DNA of 64,000 bases from a virus: IMG/VR virus record IMGVR_UViG_3300026263_000200, one strand, 5' to 3'. Position 1 is the stretch's first letter; every line of letters starts with the position of its first letter. Of this stretch, positions 55,636 to 64,000 are shown in pieces. Both the position numbers and the translations under genes were made by a program. Under the pieces are notes generated by a model. The model worked only from the letters and a program-made list of their open reading frames with translations, was not told the origin of the DNA and did no database searches.

Positions 55636-57543
55636 ATGGCAGATTCAGTAGTAGTTGGTGACAACGTAGAGTTGGTAGCAAATAATATACAATCTAAAGT
55701 CGGGTCTTCACTTGTAGGGTTAAAGAGTGCTGCTCAAGAATCTGCTACAGGTATAAGTGAACCATCTATGGGAGTATTAGATGGTATTAAAACTTTACAA
55801 CAAAAAACTGTTGATAAGGTACATCACGTTTGGGAAATATTAAAATCAACATTAGATTTTGAAAAAGACGAAGCACGTAAAGCAAGAGAAAGAGCTGGTG
55901 ATCCAGAAGGTGGACTTGGTAAGCGTGGTAAAGGTAAGGGTGTTCCTGGTGGTTTAGAAAAAGCAACCGAAGAAGCTGCTGGTGGTTGGGGACAAAGACT
56001 TATGGATATGGCAATGGGTGCTGGTGCTACTTTATTTTCAATGGCAGGATTAACTAGAATTGCAAGTCTTATATTTAAATCGGGTTTAATTTTATTGTTA
56101 GCAGGATTTGTTGGTGACGCCATAGTTAACCATTTTGAAATTGAAAGTGAATCAGCAAAAACAGCATTAAAATTTGGATTACCTGCTGTAGCAGCATTAA
56201 TGCCATTGTTGTGGCCAATGCTTGGAATTAAAGGACTATTAATGATAGCGATACCTGCTATTATTGGTATGGGATTCGCTTCAGTTATATCTTGGTTAAA
56301 AGGTGATAAGACTATGGATGAAGTGAGTGGATTTGATTGGGGTTCTGTTGCATTGACAGGTCCAGCAGTAATGTTATTAGGTAAATATGCAGGACTACTT
56401 GGTGCAAAAGGATTAACTTTAGGAGGACTTGCAATAGGTTGGCCAGTATTACTTGCAGGTTCATTAGCAATAGCTCTTGCCGCTGGTATTGGTTATTTGT
56501 TTTCTAAAGTAGCTGAAACTGAAAGAGAAACTTTAGACCATTTAAGTGAAATGACAGATTTATCGCAAAATGAATTTGAAAGAAGATTAGATGAACAAAA
56601 AGCAGGTTTCCTTGCTTCAATATCGCCTGGATTAGCAAAAACATTTGGTATGGAAACTACACAACTAGCTGACGCATATATGGCAACAAAAGCTGCTAAA
56701 AAAATAGTAAACACAAAAGATGGAAAACTTTCAGAACAACAGGTAACAGATTTAACTGCTAGTGTAGATATGTTTGCTAAAATGGATGAACAAACATTAA
56801 GAGCAGTACTTGATGATAAAGATAATGCAGATGATTTGATGAAAAGTATCCATAATATGTATCAAGTAGCACAATCAGGACAATTAGGAGATAATTCAGC
56901 AAAAGTAATTAAACAATTAGCAGCATTATCACAAAATATTCAACAAGTTGCTGGAGATATGTACAAAAAAAAAGAGGATGCAGGTGAGACCTCTTGGGGT
57001 AAAGAAAATTATTTAAAAATGATTGCTTCTGATAGCACTAAAAATGCTGATGGTGGAGATGTGTTTGAAAGATATGCCAACTTAATCGCTAATCCAAAAT
57101 ATCAAAAATTTGTTCAAGAAAAAGAAGCTATAGAAAATGATCCTAGATATCAAGAATTAAAAAGTATGGATTCTGATAAAATGGATAGAAATGATAGAAT
57201 GGAGATGAATGAATTTAATAATAAATTGGCAAAAGTAAATAAATCAATGCATTATATGGATAGAGCTGGAATGGGTAGTATGGGTCAGATAAAAATGATA
57301 GATATGTTAAAATTATTAACACCTGAAGAACAAGCACAATTATTAGAACAAGCACTATCAGATAAAAAAGTATTATTAATGGCAGCTAAAAAACTTGAAA
57401 AAGATGAAAAACATTTTGCTCCTGTTTCTAACTTTACTAAAGTTGATGGCTCTCCACAAATTATAACTAAAAGCTCAGCTGCTATTTCAGCGTCAGCTAT
57501 CTATGAAGTTGATGGTGCATTGCAAAGAGCATTAACTGATTAA
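55636..57543 (+). CDS. tape-measure-like / baseplate hub protein (gp29-like)
   Basis: Long helical protein with Gly/Ala-rich hydrophobic segments; downstream of gp26/gp51. Confidence 0.55.
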   Translation: MADSVVVGDNVELVANNIQSKVGSSLVGLKSAAQESATGISEPSMGVLDGIKTLQQKTVDKVHHVWEILKSTLDFEKDEARKARERAGDPEGGLGKRGKGKGVPGGLEKATEEAAGGWGQRLMDMAMGAGATLFSMAGLTRIASLIFKSGLILLLAGFVGDAIVNHFEIESESAKTALKFGLPAVAALMPLLWPMLGIKGLLMIAIPAIIGMGFASVISWLKGDKTMDEVSGFDWGSVALTGPAVMLLGKYAGLLGAKGLTLGGLAIGWPVLLAGSLAIALAAGIGYLFSKVAETERETLDHLSEMTDLSQNEFERRLDEQKAGFLASISPGLAKTFGMETTQLADAYMATKAAKKIVNTKDGKLSEQQVTDLTASVDMFAKMDEQTLRAVLDDKDNADDLMKSIHNMYQVAQSGQLGDNSAKVIKQLAALSQNIQQVAGDMYKKKEDAGETSWGKENYLKMIASDSTKNADGGDVFERYANLIANPKYQKFVQEKEAIENDPRYQELKSMDSDKMDRNDRMEMNEFNNKLAKVNKSMHYMDRAGMGSMGQIKMIDMLKLLTPEEQAQLLEQALSDKKVLLMAAKKLEKDEKHFAPVSNFTKVDGSPQIITKSSAAISASAIYEVDGALQRALTD

Positions 57544-57851
57544 TGATAACAATATTAGATAACGCATATAAAAGATTAAAAGAATTAAAAGCAAAACACA
57601 ATAAGAAATTTGTTAGACTTGATGTAAAGGGTGGTGGTTGTGCTGGTTTTAATTATGAGTGGTCATTTTCAAATGAAGAACAAAGAAATGACGCTGTAAT
57701 AGATGATATGTTATTAGTGAGTAGAGATTATGAACCATATCTTATGGGTATGGAATTAGATTATACTTATGATGACTTTGAGTCTGCCTTTGTATTTAAT
57801 AATCCAAAAGCTACATCTTCTTGTGGATGTGGAACTAGTTTTTCTATTTAA
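57543..57851 (+). CDS. iscA: iron-sulfur cluster assembly protein (IscA/HesB)
   Basis: GGGCAGF; NPKATSSCGCGTSF. Confidence 0.93.
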   Translation: MITILDNAYKRLKELKAKHNKKFVRLDVKGGGCAGFNYEWSFSNEEQRNDAVIDDMLLVSRDYEPYLMGMELDYTYDDFESAFVFNNPKATSSCGCGTSFSI

Positions 57852-58275
57852 ATCCTAATTCTTTTTCAGTAATCAATTTAAATTCCATACTATTATTTAA
57901 ACAGTATGCCTTGGCTGCTGACCACTTTGCTTTATTCTTAATGAACTCAAAAGACTCACGCATATAAGATTTAGTTTTTAATTTAGGTTTTTTAGGTTTA
58001 ACACATTGTCTTGATGGTTTAATTTCAATCATATACTTTTTATCGTTAGTTGTTTTGATAACAAAGTCTGGAAAGTATCTATGAAATTTCTTATCTAATG
58101 GATTATAGTATCTGACAGGTAATTCTTCACTTGCCCAAACTAATATGTCAGGATTTAGGTCGCAATAACGCATAAACCTACGCTCTAATAGTGACCTATA
58201 CACTATCATATTTGGGTTGCCTATATACTTTCTAGGGTATGTTGGTCTGTATATTCCTTTGTAACTCTTCTTCAT
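57844..58275 (-). CDS. gp4: head completion nuclease (T4 gp4-like)
   Basis: YKG.YRP..P.KY.G, YRS..E, WASEE, RYFPDF, EIKP, NKAKW, ITE. Confidence 0.9.
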   Translation of the reverse strand: MKKSYKGIYRPTYPRKYIGNPNMIVYRSLLERRFMRYCDLNPDILVWASEELPVRYYNPLDKKFHRYFPDFVIKTTNDKKYMIEIKPSRQCVKPKKPKLKTKSYMRESFEFIKNKAKWSAAKAYCLNNSMEFKLITEKELGFK

Positions 58276-58292
58276 AAACTACCTATAAATCA

Positions 58293-58314
58293 TATAAATA
58301 TAATAGTATTTATA
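58293..58314. promoter_or_regulatory. face-to-face T4 late promoters (TATAAATA + strand 58293-300; - strand 58307-14)
   Basis: Exact consensus on both strands between divergent gp4 and gp48. Confidence 0.8.
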
Positions 58315-58332
58315 AAAAGGATTAATAAACAT

Positions 58333-59565
58333 ATGTACGGTTACGGATCATCACAAAAGCACTATAGAACTATGAAGGTTAAGAACTTTATGAAGAATGC
58401 TGTAAAAGGTGTTAAGAGTTTTATAGTTAATAAGGCGGTTGGTAATATCAATCCATCATCACTTGTTTCTAGTTTTGTTTCAGGTAAAACTGTAAATTTA
58501 GGTAATACTTCAGGCATTAATAAAATGCTGAATAAATCACCATTTGAAATTAAAGCAGATAGAAAAAGTTGGAAAGATGATCCTTTAGGTTTTAAACATC
58601 TACAATATCCATCAGATTTAACTGGTCAAGAACTAGGTAATTGGATACTATTCTTTACAATAACATCAAACATTGGTAAGAACCCAGCAGAAAATCCAGA
58701 TTTAGAAATAGCAAGAAATATGGGATTAAGTCCAGGTATGAATGATGTAGACCCTATGAGTACGACTCAAACTTCAACCGATATAGATAATATAAGAGCA
58801 ATGTATAAAAAAAGAGGCATTACTATACCTAGAGTTAATAAAACAAATACTGTATTACGTGATGTTCCAAGTAAAGATATGGTATCTGGTGCAATTGCTT
58901 TATATATGCCACCAGATGTTAAAGTTAGTTATGGTGCAGGTTGGGGAGAGGAAGATATGGGTATTTCTGGAGATATAGCAGAAGCATATAAATCTATAAA
59001 AGATAAAGACCTTGGTTTTATGGATGCAGTTATAGAAGCACGTCAACACGGTACAGGTATAGCAGTAGAGAAAACAAAACAATTTGTAAGTGCTATAACA
59101 TCAGGTGCAGGTCTAGGAGATTGGGCTAAATTAATGGGTAAGGGTATGGGATTGGCAATTAACAATCACGCTGAAATGTTATACGAAGGTCCTGGCTTTA
59201 GAGAATTCACTTATGATTTTAGGTTCTGGCCGAGAAATCCAGATGAAACTAAAAAAGTATTAGATATAATTACAATGTTTAAATATCATATGCACCCAGG
59301 TAAGAATAAAAATGCTTGGCATAAAGGTCGTATGTTTGATTATCCTTCAGAATTTGAAATACACTATTTAAATAATAGTGGAATTAATACTAGTTTAAAT
59401 AAAATATCAAGATGTGCTTTATCAAAATGTGATGTGAGTTATGTACCATCTGAATCTAGTAATTTCAAAACATTTGAAGACCACACACCAGTTACATATG
59501 GCGTTTCTTTAACATTTAAAGAATTAGAATATATGACTAAAGATAAAATTAAAGAAGGATTTTAA
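58333..59565 (+). CDS. gp48: baseplate tail tube cap (T4 gp48-like)
   Basis: LQYP, IALYMP, FREFTYDFRFWPRN..E, YPSEFEI, LTFKE. Confidence 0.85.
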   Translation: MYGYGSSQKHYRTMKVKNFMKNAVKGVKSFIVNKAVGNINPSSLVSSFVSGKTVNLGNTSGINKMLNKSPFEIKADRKSWKDDPLGFKHLQYPSDLTGQELGNWILFFTITSNIGKNPAENPDLEIARNMGLSPGMNDVDPMSTTQTSTDIDNIRAMYKKRGITIPRVNKTNTVLRDVPSKDMVSGAIALYMPPDVKVSYGAGWGEEDMGISGDIAEAYKSIKDKDLGFMDAVIEARQHGTGIAVEKTKQFVSAITSGAGLGDWAKLMGKGMGLAINNHAEMLYEGPGFREFTYDFRFWPRNPDETKKVLDIITMFKYHMHPGKNKNAWHKGRMFDYPSEFEIHYLNNSGINTSLNKISRCALSKCDVSYVPSESSNFKTFEDHTPVTYGVSLTFKELEYMTKDKIKEGF

Positions 59566-60104
59566 TGGCTAGATATTTTGAACAGTTTCCGTTAATGTTA
59601 TACGACATCAAGGCAAATGGATATCACAAATTGGTGCCTGATATATTTCGTAGAATAAAAACAAAAGAAAAAATTAAAAATAATTTAACTTTATTAGATG
59701 TGTATGATGTTGAAGATGGTGAAAAACCAGAACACGTAGCATATAAAATATATGGTGAAACAGATTTATTTTGGGTTGTATGTATGATAAACAATATTGA
59801 AAATATATATTACGATTGGCCGTTATCTAATTTACAATTTGAAAGTTATATGAAAGACAAATACGACAATCCAGAAGCAGTACATCATTATGAAAGAATA
59901 CAATCAAGTGGACCTAAAATAGGTGATGGACCTGATGATTATTCTCATATGATAGGATGCAATTCAACAGACGCAGGCGCAGGTCCTGTTACTAATTTTG
60001 AATATGAAAGAAGATTACAAGATAATAAAAGACAAGTAAAAATAATTAGTCCAGATTATCTTGATATATTTTTAAACGAATTTAGCGCATTGATTAGAAA
60101 ATGA
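59565..60104 (+). CDS. gp53: baseplate wedge protein (T4 gp53-like)
   Basis: YFEQFP, DGEKPE.VA..IYG, WV..INNI, DWP, HHYE, NFEYE. Confidence 0.9.
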   Translation: MARYFEQFPLMLYDIKANGYHKLVPDIFRRIKTKEKIKNNLTLLDVYDVEDGEKPEHVAYKIYGETDLFWVVCMINNIENIYYDWPLSNLQFESYMKDKYDNPEAVHHYERIQSSGPKIGDGPDDYSHMIGCNSTDAGAGPVTNFEYERRLQDNKRQVKIISPDYLDIFLNEFSALIRK

Positions 60105-60105
60105 T

Positions 60106-61695
60106 ATGGTACAAAGTAAAGACAGACTTACAAAAGCAGGCGATTACAATTTAGAAACCGCCGAAATATTATCTTATAAGATATCAGGTGGAGCACCTGG
60201 TCAACAACAACCTTATAGGGTTGATATTCAAAATATCATAATTGCTATAGAACTTCAAGAAGGTATATTTAATCATACAATGGTTGGTAGAATACAAGTG
60301 TATGATACTAAAGATGTACGTACCTTATTACCTATTGTTGGTTTAGAAAGATTAAATTTAAAATTTAGTACACCTGGTCAATCAGGTATTAACGCAACTG
60401 CCAACGAAGGTCACCCATTTCACATATACAAAATTGAGAGTGTAGCACCTGATGTAAAAACAGTTGGTTCAGGTAGTCAAGCATATGACATATTCTTTTG
60501 TTCAAGAGAATCTTATTTTAATAATTTACGAAAAGTTAGTAAGGCATATGAAGGTCCTGTTGAAATAGGTGTTGAAGATATATTTGTAAATAAAAAATAT
60601 CTCAATGCAAGAAAAGATTTATATGTAGAACCTACAAAATATTTAACTAAAATGGTTATGCCAAACGTAAGACCATTTAAGGCAATTGATATGTTGGCGA
60701 AGAAGGCAGTATCAAAGAAATATCAAAATGGTGGATATCTATTCTATGAAACAAAAGAAGGATATCAATTTAGAAGTATTGAATCATTATTAGCAGTAGG
60801 TGGTGCAATAGCAAGACCTGCCAAATGGGCATATAGATATCAACAACAAAATGTTAGACATCATAGTGGTGTAAAAGATATTGTTGAAGATATGCACGGT
60901 GTATTATCTTGGAATTTAGTTAAACCAGTTAACACATTAAATCATATTGAAAAGGGTGGATATGCAAGTAAATTAATTGAACACGATATGTTTAATAAAA
61001 CTATTACAGAAACAGCATATGATTATGCAAAAGATTTTGGTAATCATTTTCATACTGAACATAGTGATGGAGGTAAAACTACTGTTAAGACACCATTACC
61101 TAAAACAAAATTTGAAGATACAAATATGTCCTTTAGTGAAGAGTATGACCAAAAGATAATGTTAAAATCTAGTACTGATTACATACACGAAATGACAGAT
61201 TCAAATAATGCTGTTATTGCAGACGCATTAGCAGGTGGCATACCAGTACCTTTACCACACGTGAGTGCAAAAAATACAACACAAAAGGCATTATCACAAA
61301 GACAGTTATTAACAAGTGGATTATTAGAACTAAAAGTACCTGGCAATTCATTAATACAAGCAGGGGATATTATTACGTTTGATATGCCTATTATGGAGCC
61401 AACAGGACATAATAAAACAATACAATCTAGTCCATATTGGTCAGGCAGATATTTAGTATATGATATGAAACATATTATTAATAGAGCAGATGATGTATAC
61501 CATATGGTGTTGAAGTGTGTTAAAGATAATGTGGCAAAACCATATGTTGCTGAGCATAATAGTTGGACTCATTATGGTAAGGGTGGAAGAAAAACACACA
61601 ACCTATACGAAGTAGATAACGAATTACTAGGTAGAATTAGAACATCTGGAGTATTAGATGGAGAGAAATTACCGAATAGAGGACATCACTCATAA
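60106..61695 (+). CDS. baseplate hub protein (gp27-like)
   Basis: LPIVGLE, YLFYET..GY.FRS, VPGNS...AGD, SGRYLV..MKH; position between gp53 and gp5. Confidence 0.7.
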   Translation: MVQSKDRLTKAGDYNLETAEILSYKISGGAPGQQQPYRVDIQNIIIAIELQEGIFNHTMVGRIQVYDTKDVRTLLPIVGLERLNLKFSTPGQSGINATANEGHPFHIYKIESVAPDVKTVGSGSQAYDIFFCSRESYFNNLRKVSKAYEGPVEIGVEDIFVNKKYLNARKDLYVEPTKYLTKMVMPNVRPFKAIDMLAKKAVSKKYQNGGYLFYETKEGYQFRSIESLLAVGGAIARPAKWAYRYQQQNVRHHSGVKDIVEDMHGVLSWNLVKPVNTLNHIEKGGYASKLIEHDMFNKTITETAYDYAKDFGNHFHTEHSDGGKTTVKTPLPKTKFEDTNMSFSEEYDQKIMLKSSTDYIHEMTDSNNAVIADALAGGIPVPLPHVSAKNTTQKALSQRQLLTSGLLELKVPGNSLIQAGDIITFDMPIMEPTGHNKTIQSSPYWSGRYLVYDMKHIINRADDVYHMVLKCVKDNVAKPYVAEHNSWTHYGKGGRKTHNLYEVDNELLGRIRTSGVLDGEKLPNRGHHS

Positions 61696-61822
61696 TATGA
61701 TAACAACTGAAAGAATCTCGGAGAATCGCAAAATTTTTGGGTTCGCTAACGCTAGACGTGTATGGCAACCATTACAGCAGGCATTTATAGAGAATACGAC
61801 AGGTTAATCACAATGAATATAA

Positions 61823-61837
61823 GAACAAACTACGAAC
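61823..61837 (+). promoter_or_regulatory. alphaproteobacterial LexA-type box GAAC-N7-GAAC
   Basis: GAAC AAACTAC GAAC upstream of TTGACA. Confidence 0.5.
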
Positions 61838-61855
61838 AAATACGAGCATTGCCTA

Positions 61856-61884
61856 TTGACACCGTGAGTGGAATAGTGTATAAC
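61856..61884 (+). promoter_or_regulatory. sigma70-type promoter inside the late cluster
   Basis: TTGACA-N17-TATAAC. Confidence 0.55.
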
Positions 61885-62188
61885 GCAGTTTTACTATGTA
61901 ATAACGCAGATGAACTGAGCAATCCACATCAAGGTCGCCAGGCACACTATGGTATGAGTGCGAAGCCATCCAGGTGTCCGACAGTAATGTTGTTTCGGAA
62001 TATGTTATTAGGTATATTTCTACCTTTTACATATCTTACGCAAAGGGTCGCAAGAGGTACGCAAACCCGCCTGCGTAAAGATAATATTACACGCTATCCT
62101 CACACGAAGGTGCGTAAAGGTATTCTAAATAGTCTTGAAATGCGTAAGTCGTGTTCTTTAAAAGAAAAACAATATGGGAAAAAACTAA

Positions 62189-63259
62189 ATGGCTGACAAT
62201 AATTTTTTAGGGTTTAATAACTTTATCTGGTTTACTGGCGTTGTTGAAGATAGAAACGATCCTCACAAAGTAGGCCGAGTGCGAGTGCGTTGCGTGGGCA
62301 TACATACACACGACAAAGAAGTTTTGCCAACTGCTGACTTGCCTTGGGCGCAAGTGATACTGCCAGTTACATCACCAGGCATTTCAGGTTTAGGTTCATC
62401 GCCAAGTTTTCTATTACAAGGCAGTTGGGTCTTCGGTTACTTTAGAGATGGCACGAACTGTCAAGAACCTTGCGTAATAGGTTCTCTACCTGGGCGACCA
62501 GTTGAAACGGCTAATCCTGAAAAAGGTTTTTATGATCCAGATGGCATTTATCCTACATATGTTTCTGATAGTGATGTGAATATGTTGGCGACCAATGATG
62601 TTAATACGCATCCACATTTAGAGGCACGTAGTAATGTCGCAACAGGTATTGCCACAGCAGACTTTAACGCAACAACAAATGCCAAAGGCGACCAGATAGC
62701 CGCTTCAGATGGCACGATATGGAATCAGCCAGCGATTACCTATAATGCAACTTACCCTTACAACAAAGTTTATGAAAGTGAAGCGGGCCACATTTTTGAA
62801 GTAGATGATACGCCTGGCGCAGAAAGAATTTACGAAAGCCATTTTAGAGGCACGTCAAGAGAAATTGATCCTGTCGGTAATATTACTTACATTAACACTT
62901 ATGACAAATATGAATTAACAACTGGACACCAACGTTACAGTATCGGCGGCAATAGTGACATTACTATAGATGGTCGCCATAAGATTTACATTAACAAGAG
63001 AGGTATGCCAGGCAACAACTATGACATACAGGTCGGCCCGAATGCAAACATCAACATACAAGTAGATAAAGGCAACATCAATCTAGTGACCGTTGATGGA
63101 GATGTAAATATGAATGTTGGTGGCAATTACAATCTAAAAGTAAAAGGTGATTATTATAGTGATATAGAAGGCAGTAAGAATGAAACTATTGCAGGCAGTA
63201 AAATATCAAATACAACTCAAAGTGTATTTCATAGAGGTTACACAATTGATTTAAACTAA
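62189..63259 (+). CDS. gp5: baseplate hub / central spike (T4 gp5-like, no lysozyme domain)
   Basis: OB fold (WFTGVVEDRNDP..GRVRVR, LPWA, WVFGYF.DG); YPYN.VYESEAGH..EVDDTPGAERI; beta-helix repeats. Confidence 0.92.
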   Translation: MADNNFLGFNNFIWFTGVVEDRNDPHKVGRVRVRCVGIHTHDKEVLPTADLPWAQVILPVTSPGISGLGSSPSFLLQGSWVFGYFRDGTNCQEPCVIGSLPGRPVETANPEKGFYDPDGIYPTYVSDSDVNMLATNDVNTHPHLEARSNVATGIATADFNATTNAKGDQIAASDGTIWNQPAITYNATYPYNKVYESEAGHIFEVDDTPGAERIYESHFRGTSREIDPVGNITYINTYDKYELTTGHQRYSIGGNSDITIDGRHKIYINKRGMPGNNYDIQVGPNANINIQVDKGNINLVTVDGDVNMNVGGNYNLKVKGDYYSDIEGSKNETIAGSKISNTTQSVFHRGYTIDLN

Positions 63260-63439
63260 CAATAACATATATATCAATTACGAAAATAAACCAAACAGAA
63301 ATCTGAAAAACGGCCAGCGAAAACGACTTTTGTTAAAATTTGTATATTATTAAAACTATAAATGCAATTACAACTTTAACATATATCGTTATTTCATTTT
63401 TTTCCTACCAGTACCATTACGTATCTAGTATTACATTTA

Positions 63440-63447
63440 TATAAATA
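63440..63447 (+). promoter_or_regulatory. T4 late promoter TATAAATA
   Basis: 5 nt before the HNH ATG. Confidence 0.75.
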
Positions 63448-63452
63448 CTTAT

Positions 63453-63869
63453 ATGAAAACTTGTAAGAAATGCGGTAGTAAAAGATTTGCAAAAGTCATA
63501 AGAAAAAATCCCTGGTCAGGAAATCCCTATGAAACCTCCAAGTGTATGGATTGTTCAAATAAGATAAACAAAATACCAGTTGCAAAATGGCAGGTAAATA
63601 ACAAACAACATTTACGTGAATATCAAAGAAAATATTACGGAGCAGAAAATCGTTATAGAATACGTAATAGTAAAGGCAATCTAACTTACAAACAACGTAC
63701 TATCGGCGACAAGTCTTCTATTACAGAATTTTACAAAAACACTCCAAAAGGTTATGAAGTAGACCATATCATACCTATCAATGGTAAAAACGTTAGTGGT
63801 CTTCATACACGTTCTAATTTACAATATCTTACAAAACATAACAATAGAGTTAAGTCAAATAAAATTTGA
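63453..63869 (+). CDS. free-standing HNH endonuclease with an N-terminal Zn finger
   Basis: CKKC...CMDC; EVDHIIP...SGLH...NLQ.L...N..KSN. Confidence 0.88.
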   Translation: MKTCKKCGSKRFAKVIRKNPWSGNPYETSKCMDCSNKINKIPVAKWQVNNKQHLREYQRKYYGAENRYRIRNSKGNLTYKQRTIGDKSSITEFYKNTPKGYEVDHIIPINGKNVSGLHTRSNLQYLTKHNNRVKSNKI

Positions 63870-63937
63870 ATCTCTTACATTACTTAATGTTTGGGCGGCC
63901 AGCTAGAAAATTCGCCAGGATCATAAATAGTCCTATA

Positions 63938-64000
63938 ATGCCGATAACAAAACAATCATATACAGACTTAAAAGAGTATTGGGACTTTCAACGTAAGATA
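63938..64000 (+). CDS. partial hypothetical protein
   Basis: CATAAATA at 63922-29, then MPITKQSYTDLKEYWDFQRK runs off the window. Confidence 0.5.
   Translation, partial: MPITKQSYTDLKEYWDFQRKI

Noticed and set aside
57844-58275. TnsA transposase of a Tn7-like element
   Set aside because: Sequence and position (divergent from gp48/gp53 with a late promoter) match the T4 gp4 head-completion nuclease; no TnsB/TnsC present.
1605-59082. Numerous antisense or shadow ORFs in the track (e.g. 1605-1838, 3226-3540, 4845-5126, 5466-5864, 11097-11510, 40463-41020, 53401-53961)
   Set aside because: They lie opposite well-supported genes, have the Ser/Leu/Ile/Phe-rich composition of antisense frames, and lack an RBS or motifs.
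61762-62196. 144-aa ORF before gp5
   Set aside because: No RBS, atypical composition, and it overlaps promoter, repeat and stem features; treated as probably non-coding.

Overview
AT-rich (roughly 30% GC by eye) 64-kb segment of a T4-like myophage genome. It most likely infects a marine alphaproteobacterium of the SAR11/Pelagibacter type. The host inference rests on a circularly permuted two-piece tmRNA, alphaproteobacterial LexA-type boxes, AapJ, a 17-kDa-antigen-like lipoprotein and IscA. Gene order: small putative capsid-internal proteins and a holin/spanin-like group (0-4.5 kb); a divergent late-promoter module of a CHASE2 adenylate cyclase plus csgF-csgG-curlin-like-FecR genes (4.5-11 kb); primase, nrdA/nrdB and a RuvC-like gene (11.6-17.5 kb); a modification/glycosylation island with 2OG oxygenases, SET, radical SAM, AsnB, ColD-like, gmd, glycosyltransferases and guaC (17.8-30.1 kb); sigma70-driven early genes rich in small membrane proteins and lipoproteins (30-45 kb); tmRNA, gp33, thyX, gp59 and gp32 (45-50 kb); and a late baseplate/tail cluster (gp2, 54, 26, 51, 4, 48, 53, 27-like, 5) ending in an HNH gene. 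Strongest non-obvious signals: (1) a candidate curli-pore/FecR/cAMP transmembrane signalling module; (2) a candidate programmed -1 frameshift joining gp26 to a start-less gp51; (3) three GAAC-N7-GAAC LexA-type boxes upstream of sigma70 promoters, two at identical spacing; (4) a permuted tmRNA; (5) strong avoidance of CATG and of GATC outside the GGATC context; (6) a structured non-coding region before gp5. All calls come from reading the sequence by eye; no database searches were run.
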